Shown one piece after another: positions 38,649 to 48,644 of a stretch of 64,000 nucleotides of DNA. Position 1 is the first letter of the stretch; each line of letters starts with the position of its first letter. The stretch is from an uncultured Eisenbergiella sp. (lineage in GTDB: Bacteria; Bacillota; Clostridia; Lachnospirales; Lachnospiraceae), in NCBI GenBank assembly GCA_947627215.1, contig CANQVD010000018.1:6250-70249 (forward strand), read 5' to 3'. Position numbers and translations under genes: made by a program. The notes under the pieces are model-generated. The model was not told where the DNA came from. It worked only from the letters and a program-made list of their open reading frames with translations, and did no database searches.

Positions 38649-40346
38649 TCAGTCGATCTTCTTGGTCACGCCGCGGATCTCCAGATACTTGTCCAGATTC
38701 AGGCCGTCGAAGCCGTCGCAGTAAGCCTGCCATACGGCATCGTCGTCCACATCCTGCTGGCCTGCGATGAACAGAGCCTGCTGCTGCGTGAAGTAATCCT
38801 TGATGGAGGTCGCATACTCGGAGTAGATCTCCACATCGTCCAGATCGACCCAGAAGGAATCGATGATGTTCTTGGTCAGATAAGGCTCATAGTACTCCTG
38901 CAGCGCAGCCTTCTCATCGTACAGCGGATGATCCTCCTTGAACTTGAAGCCCAGAGGCATGAACTTGGGCAGCGCCTGAGGCCACAGATTGCTCCAGCCG
39001 TACTTGTTCTGATCTTCCTCGGACATCGTGGAGCTGTCCACGACATAATAATCGTTGACAATGCCGTCCGCCGTCGCCGCGAACGCGGTGGGATCGTCGC
39101 CCTCCTGACGTACCATGACGCCGATGGGGCCCTTGCTGATGGAGATGCCGTTTTCCAGATTGAACACGGTATCGAACCAGCGAACGATGATCTCGGGATG
39201 CTCTGCGTTGTCGGTGATGACAGCCTGCGTCCTGTAAACGGAATTGCCGGTGGTATCTCTCAGCCAGATGCCGCCGTTGTCCGCGTTCAGCACGGGCAGG
39301 AAGTCAAACTCGCCCTTTTCCTCGGTGATCTCCAGACCGGAGAACTCCTGAGAGCCGTAGGCGATGGAGCAGCCGTACAGGTCGCGGTTTCCTTTGCCTT
39401 CCCAGGTAGCGGAATCCTGCGTGGAGATCTCGGTGTCGATCAGGCCTTTTTCATACAGCTTGTTGAACCAGCTTAAGAACTGTCTGTAACCGTCGCTCTC
39501 GGCCGCCCAGGCGGTCTCGCCGTCCTCGGTGACGGTGAAGCCCACGTTGTTCATCGGCACGCCAAAATAACCGGCCATGGCTTCCAGATGCTTGTTGTTG
39601 GGGTCAGTGGAGAACGGGATCTCATCGTTGGGGTCGCCGTTTCCGTTGGCGTCCTGATCCTTGAAGGCCTGCAGGACAGCCTCAAACTCGTCCGTGGTGG
39701 TAGGCATATCCATCCCTACGTTCTCCAGCCAGCGGGTGTTGATGAAGGGGGTGTAACCCACCGTCGTGTCGTCCACGACATAAGGGATCGAGTAAATATG
39801 TCCGTCGGGAGCGGTCATCTTCTCCCGCACGCCGGGCAGATCCAGAACCGCGGAAATGTTGGGCGCGTACTGCGCGAACAGATCCTCCAGCGGGATAAAG
39901 ATCCCCTGATCCACGCCGTAGGTCAGGATCATGTTGTCGGACAGCGTCCAGCCGCCGATCACATCCGCATAGTCGCCGGAGTTCAGATCCAGGTTCAGCC
40001 TCTCGGTAGCGCTCTCATAAGGGAAATACTTCAGATCGATATCCACATTGGTCTGCTCCTTCAGAGCGTCCAGCGTCACGAACTCGCCGGTGGAGCTGGA
40101 ATCGTCCACGAAGATGGAGAAGGTATAATCCCCCTCATCCACGATCGGAAGCCCTTCGGCGTACATGATGCCGTTCACCTTACCGTCCGCATCCACTTCC
40201 GCGGGAGCGGCTTCCTCGGTCTTGCTGTCCGAAGAAGAGCTGTCGGAACTGCTGGAGCTGCTGGAGCTGCCGGAACTTCCGCAGCCCGCCAGTGCAGTCA
40301 CGACCATCACGGCCGTCAGCAATACTGCTACTAACTTTTTCTTCAT
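38649..40346 (-). CDS. Oligosaccharide ABC solute-binding lipoprotein (LplA-like)
   Basis: Lipobox 'LAGC', Ser-rich linker, 'APDGHIYSIP', 'DANGNGDPNDEIP'. Confidence 0.88.
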   Translation of the reverse strand: MKKKLVAVLLTAVMVVTALAGCGSSGSSSSSSSSDSSSSDSKTEEAAPAEVDADGKVNGIMYAEGLPIVDEGDYTFSIFVDDSSSTGEFVTLDALKEQTNVDIDLKYFPYESATERLNLDLNSGDYADVIGGWTLSDNMILTYGVDQGIFIPLEDLFAQYAPNISAVLDLPGVREKMTAPDGHIYSIPYVVDDTTVGYTPFINTRWLENVGMDMPTTTDEFEAVLQAFKDQDANGNGDPNDEIPFSTDPNNKHLEAMAGYFGVPMNNVGFTVTEDGETAWAAESDGYRQFLSWFNKLYEKGLIDTEISTQDSATWEGKGNRDLYGCSIAYGSQEFSGLEITEEKGEFDFLPVLNADNGGIWLRDTTGNSVYRTQAVITDNAEHPEIIVRWFDTVFNLENGISISKGPIGVMVRQEGDDPTAFAATADGIVNDYYVVDSSTMSEEDQNKYGWSNLWPQALPKFMPLGFKFKEDHPLYDEKAALQEYYEPYLTKNIIDSFWVDLDDVEIYSEYATSIKDYFTQQQALFIAGQQDVDDDAVWQAYCDGFDGLNLDKYLEIRGVTKKID

Positions 40347-40412
40347 TCTTTCATCTCCTTTTCTTTTTTTATATCAAACGGCCCCTTCAGCCGCATTGAT
40401 ACCGAAAACGGA

Positions 40413-41342
40413 TCAGCCCTTGACGGAACCGATCATGACGCCCTTGACGAAGTGCTTCTGAATGAACGGATACAGCACCAGTACGGGCACGCTGCTGATG
40501 ATGATCAGGGAGTACTTCATGACCTCGATCAGCTCCTTCTGCGCGTTCATCGCCGCTCTGGCCTCCGCCGTAACGGCGGTCTGGGACAGCGCCGCCTCGT
40601 TGGTGATCAGGATCCTTCGCAGGACCAACTGCAGCGGGAACTTCTGCGAATCGGACAGATAGATCAGGGCGGAGAAGTAGGAGTTCCAGTGGCCTACGCC
40701 GTAGTACAGCACCATGATAGCCGTGATGGCGCCGGACAGGGGCAGCGCGATCTGGAAGAAGAACTTGCCCTGGGTACAGCCGTCGATCTCCGCGGCCTCA
40801 TAGAGCTCCTCGGAAATATTGGACTTGAAGAAGGTCCTCGCCACGATCATATTGTAAACACTCAGGCATCCGGGCAGGATCAGCGCCCACATGGTGTTGA
40901 GCAGGTGGAAGCTTCTGACGACCAGGTAGGTAGGGATCAGGCCGCCGCCGAAGAACATCGTGATCACGTAAAAGATGGTGACGATCTTCTTGCCGGAGAA
41001 CTTATCCCGGGACAGCGCATACGCGGTGGGCAGCGTCACGGCCAGGTTCACCAGCACGCCGCAGACCGTGTATAAAATGGAATTCAGGAAGCTTCGTACG
41101 ATGGAATCGTCCTTGAACACCTCCGCGTAGCCCTTCAGGGTGAAGCCCACGGGCAGCCACAGCACTTTGCCGCCGGACACCGCCGCCGGATCGCTGAAGG
41201 AGGAAATGATGACCCACCACAGCGGATAGGCCACGATGATCAGGATCAGCGTCAGGACGATAAACAGGATCGTATCGAAAATCACGTCTTCCTTACAGCG
41301 CTTGATCTTTTTGGGCTGAACGACTGCATCATTCTTTTTCAT
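40413..41342 (-). CDS. ABC permease (LplC-like)
   Basis: 'EAAEIDG', 'YPFIQKHFVKGVMIGSVKG'. Confidence 0.92.
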   Translation of the reverse strand: MKKNDAVVQPKKIKRCKEDVIFDTILFIVLTLILIIVAYPLWWVIISSFSDPAAVSGGKVLWLPVGFTLKGYAEVFKDDSIVRSFLNSILYTVCGVLVNLAVTLPTAYALSRDKFSGKKIVTIFYVITMFFGGGLIPTYLVVRSFHLLNTMWALILPGCLSVYNMIVARTFFKSNISEELYEAAEIDGCTQGKFFFQIALPLSGAITAIMVLYYGVGHWNSYFSALIYLSDSQKFPLQLVLRRILITNEAALSQTAVTAEARAAMNAQKELIEVMKYSLIIISSVPVLVLYPFIQKHFVKGVMIGSVKG

Positions 41343-41359
41343 GATTTTCCCTCCTTCCC

Positions 41360-42307
41360 TTAGAACAGGCTGTTGCCGGACAGCTTATCCGAAACCGTAT
41401 TGACGATGATCAGCATTACCATGTTCACCAGCGTGTTGAACAGGCCGATGGCAGAGGAATAGGACATGTTGTTGTCGATCAGACCGACCTTATACACGTA
41501 GGTGGAGATGATCTCGGATACGGAAAGGTTCAGGTCGTTCTGCAGCGCGTATGCCTTTTCAAAGCCGATGGAGAGGATGCTGCCGCAGTTCATGATCAGC
41601 AGGATCGTCGCCGTCGGGAGGATGGACGGAAGGTCTATGTAGCGGATCAACTGGAACTTGGTGGCGCCGTCGCACTTGGCCGCCTCATGCAGCTCCGGGC
41701 TGATGCCGGACAGCGCGGCAAAGTAGATGACGGAACTCCAGCCCATGCCCTGCCAGACGCCGGACCAGACGTACAGATGTCTCCAGTACTCCTTCTTCGC
41801 CATGAAGTTGACCGCTTCGCCGCCGAACATCTTGATCACGTTGTTGATAATGCCGACGCTGGGCGAAAGGAACAGGATCAGCATACCGCACATGACGATG
41901 GTGGAAATGAAGTTGGGCGCATAGGTGACGGTCTGGATCACCTTGCGGTATTTCGCATGACGGAAGGAATTCAGCATCAGCGCCAGGACGATCGGGATCG
42001 GGAAGGAAACGATCAGGCTGTACAGGCTTAAGATCAGCGTATTCGAGATCGTCTGACCGAAATACGGCGATTCGAAGAAGCGGACGAAGTAACGCATGCC
42101 GACCCATTCACTGCCCCAGATACCGGCCCTCGCGTTGAATTTGCGGAACGCGATCTGCACGCCGTACATGGGAATGTAGCTGAAGATGAACGTCAGCACA
42201 ATGCCCGGAATGCAGAACATCCACAGGGACCAGTCTCTTTTGAGAAGCTGCATGAAGGTGTACTTCTTCGGCTTGATGGTTCCTGCGCCTTTGTTTTTTG
42301 CTTTCAT
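41360..42307 (-). CDS. ABC permease (LplB-like)
   Basis: 'YIPMYGVQIAF', 'EAAKCDGA', 'ISTYVYKVG'. Confidence 0.92.
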   Translation of the reverse strand: MKAKNKGAGTIKPKKYTFMQLLKRDWSLWMFCIPGIVLTFIFSYIPMYGVQIAFRKFNARAGIWGSEWVGMRYFVRFFESPYFGQTISNTLILSLYSLIVSFPIPIVLALMLNSFRHAKYRKVIQTVTYAPNFISTIVMCGMLILFLSPSVGIINNVIKMFGGEAVNFMAKKEYWRHLYVWSGVWQGMGWSSVIYFAALSGISPELHEAAKCDGATKFQLIRYIDLPSILPTATILLIMNCGSILSIGFEKAYALQNDLNLSVSEIISTYVYKVGLIDNNMSYSSAIGLFNTLVNMVMLIIVNTVSDKLSGNSLF

Positions 42308-42580
42308 AAGAATCCCTCCTATCTTTTTGTCTGCACAGCCCCATGTGCAGCAGTTAATATTAGGTTAACATAGGTATGCTCCCCTATGTTTATAACCATA
42401 CCACAAGTTCTCTACCAATGAAAGACTTTTTTTCAAATTATTCATACTTTTTTTTCAAAAAAATTATATTCTCTTAAAAGTGTATGGCAAAATCACAAAA
42501 ACGGAGACCTCTTTTCGTCGAAGTCCCCGTTTTCCTTTCATGACTTTATAAAAAGATACTTGTATTAATATTTGTTAACA

Positions 42581-44041
42581 TCATCTTTGCAGGCAGAATA
42601 CCCGGCCGATGGGAGCCTTTTCGGCGCGCTTCCCGCAGGGCCTTCCGGCGCGGACCGTAAGGCCGCCCTGCCCCTTTATGAAGGGGAGCTTTTCTCCGCT
42701 GTCCAGCGCAGTGACCGCTCCGACCGCTCCCTCGTAAGGGATCCATACCTCTTCCTCCACCGCGCAGTCCTCCCGCGGGAAGGTCTGGATGGCGTATACG
42801 GTATCCTCCTTTTTCGTGAAGGCGATGCCGTCCTTTTTGTAAGGGGCGCACACGCGGGTGCCGTAGATGGCATCCCCGTAAACGGAGAGCCACTCGCCCA
42901 TGCCCAGCAGACTTTTCACCGCGCCCTTCGGCAGGCACCCGTTGGGCTGCGGGCCCACGTTGATGGCCAGGTTGCCGCCTTTGGCCACGATATCCGCCAG
43001 CAGACAGATCACCTCCCTGGGGCTCTTGTAGCTGTCCTCATAGGCGAAGGAGAAAGAAGTTCCCAGCGTGATGCAGCTTTCCCAGGGGATGGAAAGGGGC
43101 TTCTCCGGCACGCACTGCTCCGGCGTCACATAGTTCTCATAGGGGCCGCCCACCGTCCGGTCGGCGCACAGCAGGCCCGGCTGGTATTTGCGCAGCCGCT
43201 CGATGACCTCGCCCAGCCGGATGTCCTGACCGTTTCTTTCGCACACCCAGCCCGCGTCGAACCACATGCCGTCCAGATGGCCGTACCTGGTGCCCAGCTC
43301 CATGATCTGATTCTGGGTGAACGTCACGAACCGTTCCCACTCCTCCGGATTCTCCTTCGGATCGTAGGAAGGGCCCCGGTTCTGATAGGTTCCCTTTTCG
43401 CCCGCTTCCTTCCAATAGCTGTCCACATGCCAGTCCGCTTTGGAAAAATAGGGGATGATCCCCAGCCCCCTCTTGCGGAACGACTCGAACAGATGCGCGC
43501 AGATATCCGCGTACCGGTTCGCCGAAAACGGGCAGTCCGGCGCCGTGACCTTGTAGTCCGAATACTGACTGTCCCACATGCAGAAGCCGTCGTGATGCTT
43601 GGTGGTGAAGAGCAGATATCGGGTTCCCGCCGTTTTGGCGATGTCCGCCCACTTTTCCGGTTCAAAGCGGGCCGGATTGAAGGTTTTATTCAGGGCGAAA
43701 TACTGTTTTTTCAGTTCCTCTCCCGTGATCTCCCAGTCGATTCCGCGCCGGGACCACACGGCGTCGGCGTCCGAAAGCGCCCAGGATTCCACGATGCCCC
43801 ACTGGCTGTAGGGGCCCCAGTGCATCATCAGCCCCAGCTTCTGGTCCCGGAACCATTCCAGCTTTTTGAGCACCTTCGGATCCTCGGGCCACACGTACCG
43901 GTCCTCCCGGCTATAGTTATGCACGCCGTCCTGTACGGCCTCTTCCTTTTCCTTTTTTTCCTCTTCCCCGTCCACAGGCATTTCCGCCGCGGGCAGAGCG
44001 TCCTTCTTTTCTTCTCCCACGATGTCTTTCCTTTCTCTCAC
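42581..44041 (-). CDS. GH29 alpha-L-fucosidase family protein
   Basis: 'KLGLMMHWG', 'TTKHHDGF', nucleophile 'WFDAGW'; start uncertain (GTG 44041 or ATG 43981). Confidence 0.88.
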   Translation of the reverse strand: MRERKDIVGEEKKDALPAAEMPVDGEEEKKEKEEAVQDGVHNYSREDRYVWPEDPKVLKKLEWFRDQKLGLMMHWGPYSQWGIVESWALSDADAVWSRRGIDWEITGEELKKQYFALNKTFNPARFEPEKWADIAKTAGTRYLLFTTKHHDGFCMWDSQYSDYKVTAPDCPFSANRYADICAHLFESFRKRGLGIIPYFSKADWHVDSYWKEAGEKGTYQNRGPSYDPKENPEEWERFVTFTQNQIMELGTRYGHLDGMWFDAGWVCERNGQDIRLGEVIERLRKYQPGLLCADRTVGGPYENYVTPEQCVPEKPLSIPWESCITLGTSFSFAYEDSYKSPREVICLLADIVAKGGNLAINVGPQPNGCLPKGAVKSLLGMGEWLSVYGDAIYGTRVCAPYKKDGIAFTKKEDTVYAIQTFPREDCAVEEEVWIPYEGAVGAVTALDSGEKLPFIKGQGGLTVRAGRPCGKRAEKAPIGRVFCLQR

Positions 44042-44059
44042 GATGTCTTTCTTTTCTCC
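44018..44059. repeat. 21-bp tandem duplication spanning the GH29 start
   Basis: cacgatgtctttc(c/t)tttctc(t/c) twice. Confidence 0.85.
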
Positions 44060-44125
44060 GTCACGGATCCGGCGTTTTTTCGGCCGCGCCTCGTTTCCCG
44101 GCCCTTCTGTCTTTCCGCGCTGTCT

Positions 44126-45145
44126 CTATTCCTTTTCGAGCGTCAGAACCTCGCCGTCCGTCAGCAGAAGCAGCTCCTTCCCTTCGTCTGTGTCACAGGA
44201 CAGCTCAAAAGCATGCCGCGTATGCTCATACCGGACTTTTCCGGTCCCGTTTTCTGCCGCCCCTTCCAGGTCCAGCTCCGCCAGCGACGCCGGAAAATGC
44301 CCATTGGCGTCATAAAAGGCGTGCAGACCGTAGTAGAGCGTCCGCAGCTCCCACTTTTCCTTTTCAACGGAAGGGATCTCGCAGACCTCATCCCCCTCCG
44401 TAAAAAAGACGAAGCCCCAGAGCTCCGGATAATGGATGTTGATCACGCCGGTGGGCGCCCAGACCCAGTTGTCCTCCGGCAGGACCTTCCCGTCCGCGTC
44501 CCTTCTCTTCTCATAGCGGTTGTCAATGATATCCACCTTCCACTGTACTCTGGAAAAATTGACGCGGTAGTATTCTCCCGGCCGCGGCGCGCGCTTTTCG
44601 GGCGTGCACTCGAACACGGAGGCAAAGGGAATCATCACCTCCACCGTCCAGCGCCTGTTGTCCGCCGAGGGATCGTTGAGCTTCCCGTCGATCCGAACAG
44701 CCGTCTTCAGGCCGTGGATGTCATATCCGTTCAGCGCCTGCCCCCGGTCCCGATAGGGCCTGGACAGGAACAGATCCCACACCGTGTTCCTGGCGTTCAT
44801 CTCGAATTCAAAATACTGGTGAGTATCGGAATCCGGGTCGATGAAAATTTCAAAATCGTTATCGTAAAAGATCACGCTGTCCCGCTGCGTCTGGTGTCCC
44901 CAGATTTCCGTCCCCTCCAGTTCGGCGCCGATATAGAGGTTTTCGTCGTCCCAAAGCAGCTTCGCCCGTGTCCGGAACCGGGGTACGGGACGGCTGCTGC
45001 CCTCGATATCCGCAAAATCATCCGTAAATTCCGCGTCCTTCCAGAATTCCTTTTCCAGATCGCCGTCCGGCACGAAGGGCAGCTTCGCCCTCCTGCACTG
45101 ATAGACCGGCGGCGCGAAGCCGACGATGGGTTTCGGTATCCTCAT
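44126..45145 (-). CDS. CBM9-like (DOMON-type) sugar-binding domain protein
   Basis: 'AKLLWDDENLYI', 'DNDFEIFIDP', 'YFEFEMN', 'WTVEVMIP', 'NFSRVQW'. Confidence 0.75.
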   Translation of the reverse strand: MRIPKPIVGFAPPVYQCRRAKLPFVPDGDLEKEFWKDAEFTDDFADIEGSSRPVPRFRTRAKLLWDDENLYIGAELEGTEIWGHQTQRDSVIFYDNDFEIFIDPDSDTHQYFEFEMNARNTVWDLFLSRPYRDRGQALNGYDIHGLKTAVRIDGKLNDPSADNRRWTVEVMIPFASVFECTPEKRAPRPGEYYRVNFSRVQWKVDIIDNRYEKRRDADGKVLPEDNWVWAPTGVINIHYPELWGFVFFTEGDEVCEIPSVEKEKWELRTLYYGLHAFYDANGHFPASLAELDLEGAAENGTGKVRYEHTRHAFELSCDTDEGKELLLLTDGEVLTLEKE

Positions 45146-45182
45146 CCTGAAATTCCTCCTTATTTATAGGCGGTCGGCCCGT

Positions 45183-46199
45183 TCACCGGTCCAGCCGCCC
45201 GCGCAAAAACGCCGTCAGCGTATGGCTCGTATCACAGCCGTATTCCCAGCACATGATCCCGCGCAGTCCCTTCTCCTTCAGATAATCGACCTTATATCCC
45301 AGGGACTCCTCGTCGTCATAGCTGATAAAGCAGTCCCCATTGAACAGCCAGGGGGCCTTCGCGTCGTCGTCCCAATACCGGACAAAGCCGTTTTTGTTGA
45401 TATATTTTTCCACCAGCTCCCCGTAATGATGACCGCCGGTGCCCACGCTCTTCGCCATCTGGCACAGCCCGTGGTCCCTGCCGCATACGCCGGTCCAGGT
45501 ACGGGCATAAAAGGCCGCCCCGATGACCAGCTTTTCCGCCGGGACACCGGCCTGCAAAAACTCCCGCACCGCCTTGTCCGCGCAGGCGTCCGACAGATCC
45601 GCAGGCGTAGCGTACAGGCTGGTGTGATGTCCCGCGGCCGTGGAAAACCCGCCCCGCAGATCATATGTCATGATCTGCACGTAGTCCAGATACGCGGCCG
45701 CCCGGTCCATCTGCGTGTTGCGGACGAAATAGGAATCCCCGCCCGCGGCAATGGAAAGAAGATACCGCCCCGGCTCCTTTGCCTCCATGGCCCCGCGCAG
45801 CTCCTGCAAAAGCAGCGTGAAATTCTCCTTATCCGCCGGGTCGGCGCCGATCTCGGCCACGGACATGCAGGGATATTCCCAGTCGATATCGATGCCGTCC
45901 AGACCGTAACGCTCCACCAGTTCCATGGATGTCTCCGCGAAGAGACGGCGTCCCTCCCCGGTATAGGCCGCTTCGGAAAATCCGCCCGCGCCCCAGCCGC
46001 CTACAGAAAGCAGGATCTTCATCTCCGGATTCAGCCGGCGCAGACGCGCGATGGCCTCCGCGTATTCCGGATGCTCCCAGATCACCCTGCCCTCCGCCAC
46101 ATGGGCGAAGGCGATATTGATCACATCGATGCAGGCCGCTTCCTCTTCCTTTACCTGCGGCAGATTCCTGTCCACCACATATTCGATCAGTTGCTTCAT
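45183..46199 (-). CDS. GH18 chitinase/endo-beta-N-acetylglucosaminidase-like protein
   Basis: Intact DxDxE 'DGIDIDWEYP', 'SVGGW', 'MTYD'; no signal peptide. Confidence 0.9.
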   Translation of the reverse strand: MKQLIEYVVDRNLPQVKEEEAACIDVINIAFAHVAEGRVIWEHPEYAEAIARLRRLNPEMKILLSVGGWGAGGFSEAAYTGEGRRLFAETSMELVERYGLDGIDIDWEYPCMSVAEIGADPADKENFTLLLQELRGAMEAKEPGRYLLSIAAGGDSYFVRNTQMDRAAAYLDYVQIMTYDLRGGFSTAAGHHTSLYATPADLSDACADKAVREFLQAGVPAEKLVIGAAFYARTWTGVCGRDHGLCQMAKSVGTGGHHYGELVEKYINKNGFVRYWDDDAKAPWLFNGDCFISYDDEESLGYKVDYLKEKGLRGIMCWEYGCDTSHTLTAFLRGRLDR

Positions 46200-46229
46200 G
46201 TTGACCTCCCGTCGGGGCAACCCCCGTCC

Positions 46230-48584
46230 CTATCCGCGCTGCAGTCTGGCCAGAAGCTGCGCCGCGGCGCCCACCTGATAGCCGCAGAACGCATAGACGC
46301 CCCTGCCGTCCTCCCGCACCGCCACACCCAGCGGATATTTGTTCTCCTCCAGACCCATGGCCCCGGCCGCCGCAGCGGCACCGTCGAAGTCCGGCGTTTC
46401 AATGAGCCTCACGCCCGCCGCCTCCTGCAAAAGACGTTCCAGCGTTCCGAACGCTCTGGGGCCTCTGCGGCTGACCAGACAGATCTCCTCCTGATGCTGT
46501 CTGACGTCGCCGATCCGCTCCAGAAGCTCATTCAGGATATGTTCCGTGGGCTCCTCGCCCTCACAGATCCAGATGCAGACCGCCCGGCGGCCTTTCGGGA
46601 GTGCTTCCGGCATCACCGGCGGCAATGCGCGCGCGTCCTCCTCCGGCTCCTGCGCCGAAGGTCGGACGAGACCGATCTGCCTTCCCTCTGGTCCCAGCGC
46701 GAAGCAAAGCTCCCGTACGCGCTGGTTCCCGTCCTTCGACCGCACCGGAAGGATCAACTGATATTCTCCCGGGGCGAGCGAAAGCTCCAGCCGACCGTCC
46801 GCCCAGGCCGCACCGCGCAGCCACAGAGGACGGTACTGCCCGTCCTCCAGACGGTTCAGGGCATAATCGGTCCCGTAATTCCAGGCGGCCGCGCCTTCCG
46901 CGTCCCGCAGGACCAGCTTCGCCTTCGGCCCTTCCTCCGTCCTGCACGCCGGGCGAAATCCGCCGTTCCGGAAATACTGCGCCTCGCCGGTCACCGGATC
47001 CAGCCGCGCCGGAATGCCGAAGGTGCGGGCCACGGCGAGAAACAGGTTCTTCTGATCGCGAACGCTTCCCTTTCCGCTCCGCACCGCATTGACGGGGTTG
47101 ATGCGAAGCGTGTCGTAGGCATCCTCCGTCGGCCTCTCCAGTCCGGCACAGACCTCTTCCCAGATCCGCTCCGGCCGCTCCTCAAAGTCGGCACGCCTCC
47201 CGGCGAACATCTCCTCCAGCTCCTTCCGCCAGCAGGAAAGCTCCTCCAGCTCCAGCCGGGGATTCAGCACACAGGAGACGAAAACGTCCTCCGGAATCCC
47301 GTCCCGCCCGGCGTAGGCCATGGCATGGGTGAAATGCGCTTCCAGCACGTCCGCCCGCAGATCGTAATAGTCCTTCTGCGTCAGCGCCTGCAGTAGCTTT
47401 ATCCGGTAGGGGCTGTCGTCCTTTTCCAGAAAAGCGATCACTTCCCCGAAATTACCGCCCGCCGTGCGCAGGATCTGCGCCGCCTCCGGAAACGCCGCCG
47501 CCCGGTCCTCCTGATAATAGGAAGCGAGCCGCTTTTCCCGGCTTTCCTTCTGCGCCTCCAGCTCCGCCTTATCCTCCTGATAGGTACGGCCCGCTTTCGT
47601 CGCGTCTCCCTTCGGCGCGAAAAAGCTGTACTCCCTCCAGACTTCCTCCGGCGTCCGCTCCAGCGTCACACAGAGTTCTCCGTCCCGCTCCGCCTCCGTC
47701 AGGGTCCGCAGAAGCTGTCCGTCCCGCACGCAGGATACCTGCAGGCTCCCGCAGCCCAGGCGCATGCGGAAATGACCGTTTTCATCCGACGGCACGGTCG
47801 CGATCGTCCCGTAATGACCGTAGTTGAGCACTTCCAGCCGCACCGGCGTTCCCGCCAGCGGCTCACCCTCCGGCCCCTTCACCGCAAAATCCACCTGCAC
47901 GGTCTTCGCATAATGAGCGGTCACGTTGTAAAAGGTCGCGCATCCGTTCCGGGCGATCACGCTGTCATCCGGATGCAGCAGTCCGAAGCTTCTGGCATGC
48001 ACCAGCATGGCCCGGGACGCGGGCATGTCGAACCATCCCTTGTCCAGCTCCGGCTCCGGCTCGCAGGCGCCCAGATACCGCCAGACGCCGCCGCAGTACA
48101 CCTCCACCCAGGCATGATTGTCGTCACAGTGGGACCAGAGCGGCGCATAGACCTGCCTCGCCGGGATCCCCACGCTGCGCAGCACCGTCACCACAAAGGT
48201 GCTCTCCTCTCCGCAGCGCCCAAACGCGCTCTTATAGACGGTCATGGCGTTGGCCGTCCTGGGATCCGCCAGATGATAGGTCGCCTGATGCGCGCACCAG
48301 TCATTCACCCGCAGGATCGCCTCCTCCGCAGAAAGTCCCCCGAGCAGAGGCATCACCAGGTCATAAAAGAACCGCCTGCAGTCCTCGATCCGCTCATTGT
48401 TGATCCGGTAGGCCGCCACATTTTCCAGAAAAACGTCCTCCGGCAGCTCTCTGCACCAGTCCGCGTTCTCCCGCAGGAAACAGGCATGCCGGGCAAACCC
48501 CAGCAGGGTTTCCTCCGACACGTCCGTCTTATCACAGTAGGGCATGGAACTCCGGTAATACTCCATGATCTTCTTTTCCAGCAT
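46230..48584 (-). CDS. Transglutaminase-like (papain-fold) protein, candidate peptide:N-glycanase
   Basis: 'GRCGEES', 'NHAWVEVY', 'LGACEPE'; second, Cys-less TG-like repeat 'ARTFGIPARL'. Confidence 0.75.
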   Translation of the reverse strand: MLEKKIMEYYRSSMPYCDKTDVSEETLLGFARHACFLRENADWCRELPEDVFLENVAAYRINNERIEDCRRFFYDLVMPLLGGLSAEEAILRVNDWCAHQATYHLADPRTANAMTVYKSAFGRCGEESTFVVTVLRSVGIPARQVYAPLWSHCDDNHAWVEVYCGGVWRYLGACEPEPELDKGWFDMPASRAMLVHARSFGLLHPDDSVIARNGCATFYNVTAHYAKTVQVDFAVKGPEGEPLAGTPVRLEVLNYGHYGTIATVPSDENGHFRMRLGCGSLQVSCVRDGQLLRTLTEAERDGELCVTLERTPEEVWREYSFFAPKGDATKAGRTYQEDKAELEAQKESREKRLASYYQEDRAAAFPEAAQILRTAGGNFGEVIAFLEKDDSPYRIKLLQALTQKDYYDLRADVLEAHFTHAMAYAGRDGIPEDVFVSCVLNPRLELEELSCWRKELEEMFAGRRADFEERPERIWEEVCAGLERPTEDAYDTLRINPVNAVRSGKGSVRDQKNLFLAVARTFGIPARLDPVTGEAQYFRNGGFRPACRTEEGPKAKLVLRDAEGAAAWNYGTDYALNRLEDGQYRPLWLRGAAWADGRLELSLAPGEYQLILPVRSKDGNQRVRELCFALGPEGRQIGLVRPSAQEPEEDARALPPVMPEALPKGRRAVCIWICEGEEPTEHILNELLERIGDVRQHQEEICLVSRRGPRAFGTLERLLQEAAGVRLIETPDFDGAAAAAGAMGLEENKYPLGVAVREDGRGVYAFCGYQVGAAAQLLARLQRG

Positions 48585-48644
48585 CGCTTCTCCCCGCACG
48601 CTTCTCATCGCGTGAAATCTTACATTCTCCCGTTTTTTCCTCTG

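Noticed and set aside
42572-45169. 865-aa plus-strand ORF, and similar long antisense ORFs (13019-15010, 15401-17155, 19362-21380, 45126-47396, 50242-52479, 60953-62647)
   Set aside because: They shadow well-supported genes on the opposite strand or frame, are Arg/Pro/His-rich without motifs, and are expected from GC-rich codon bias.
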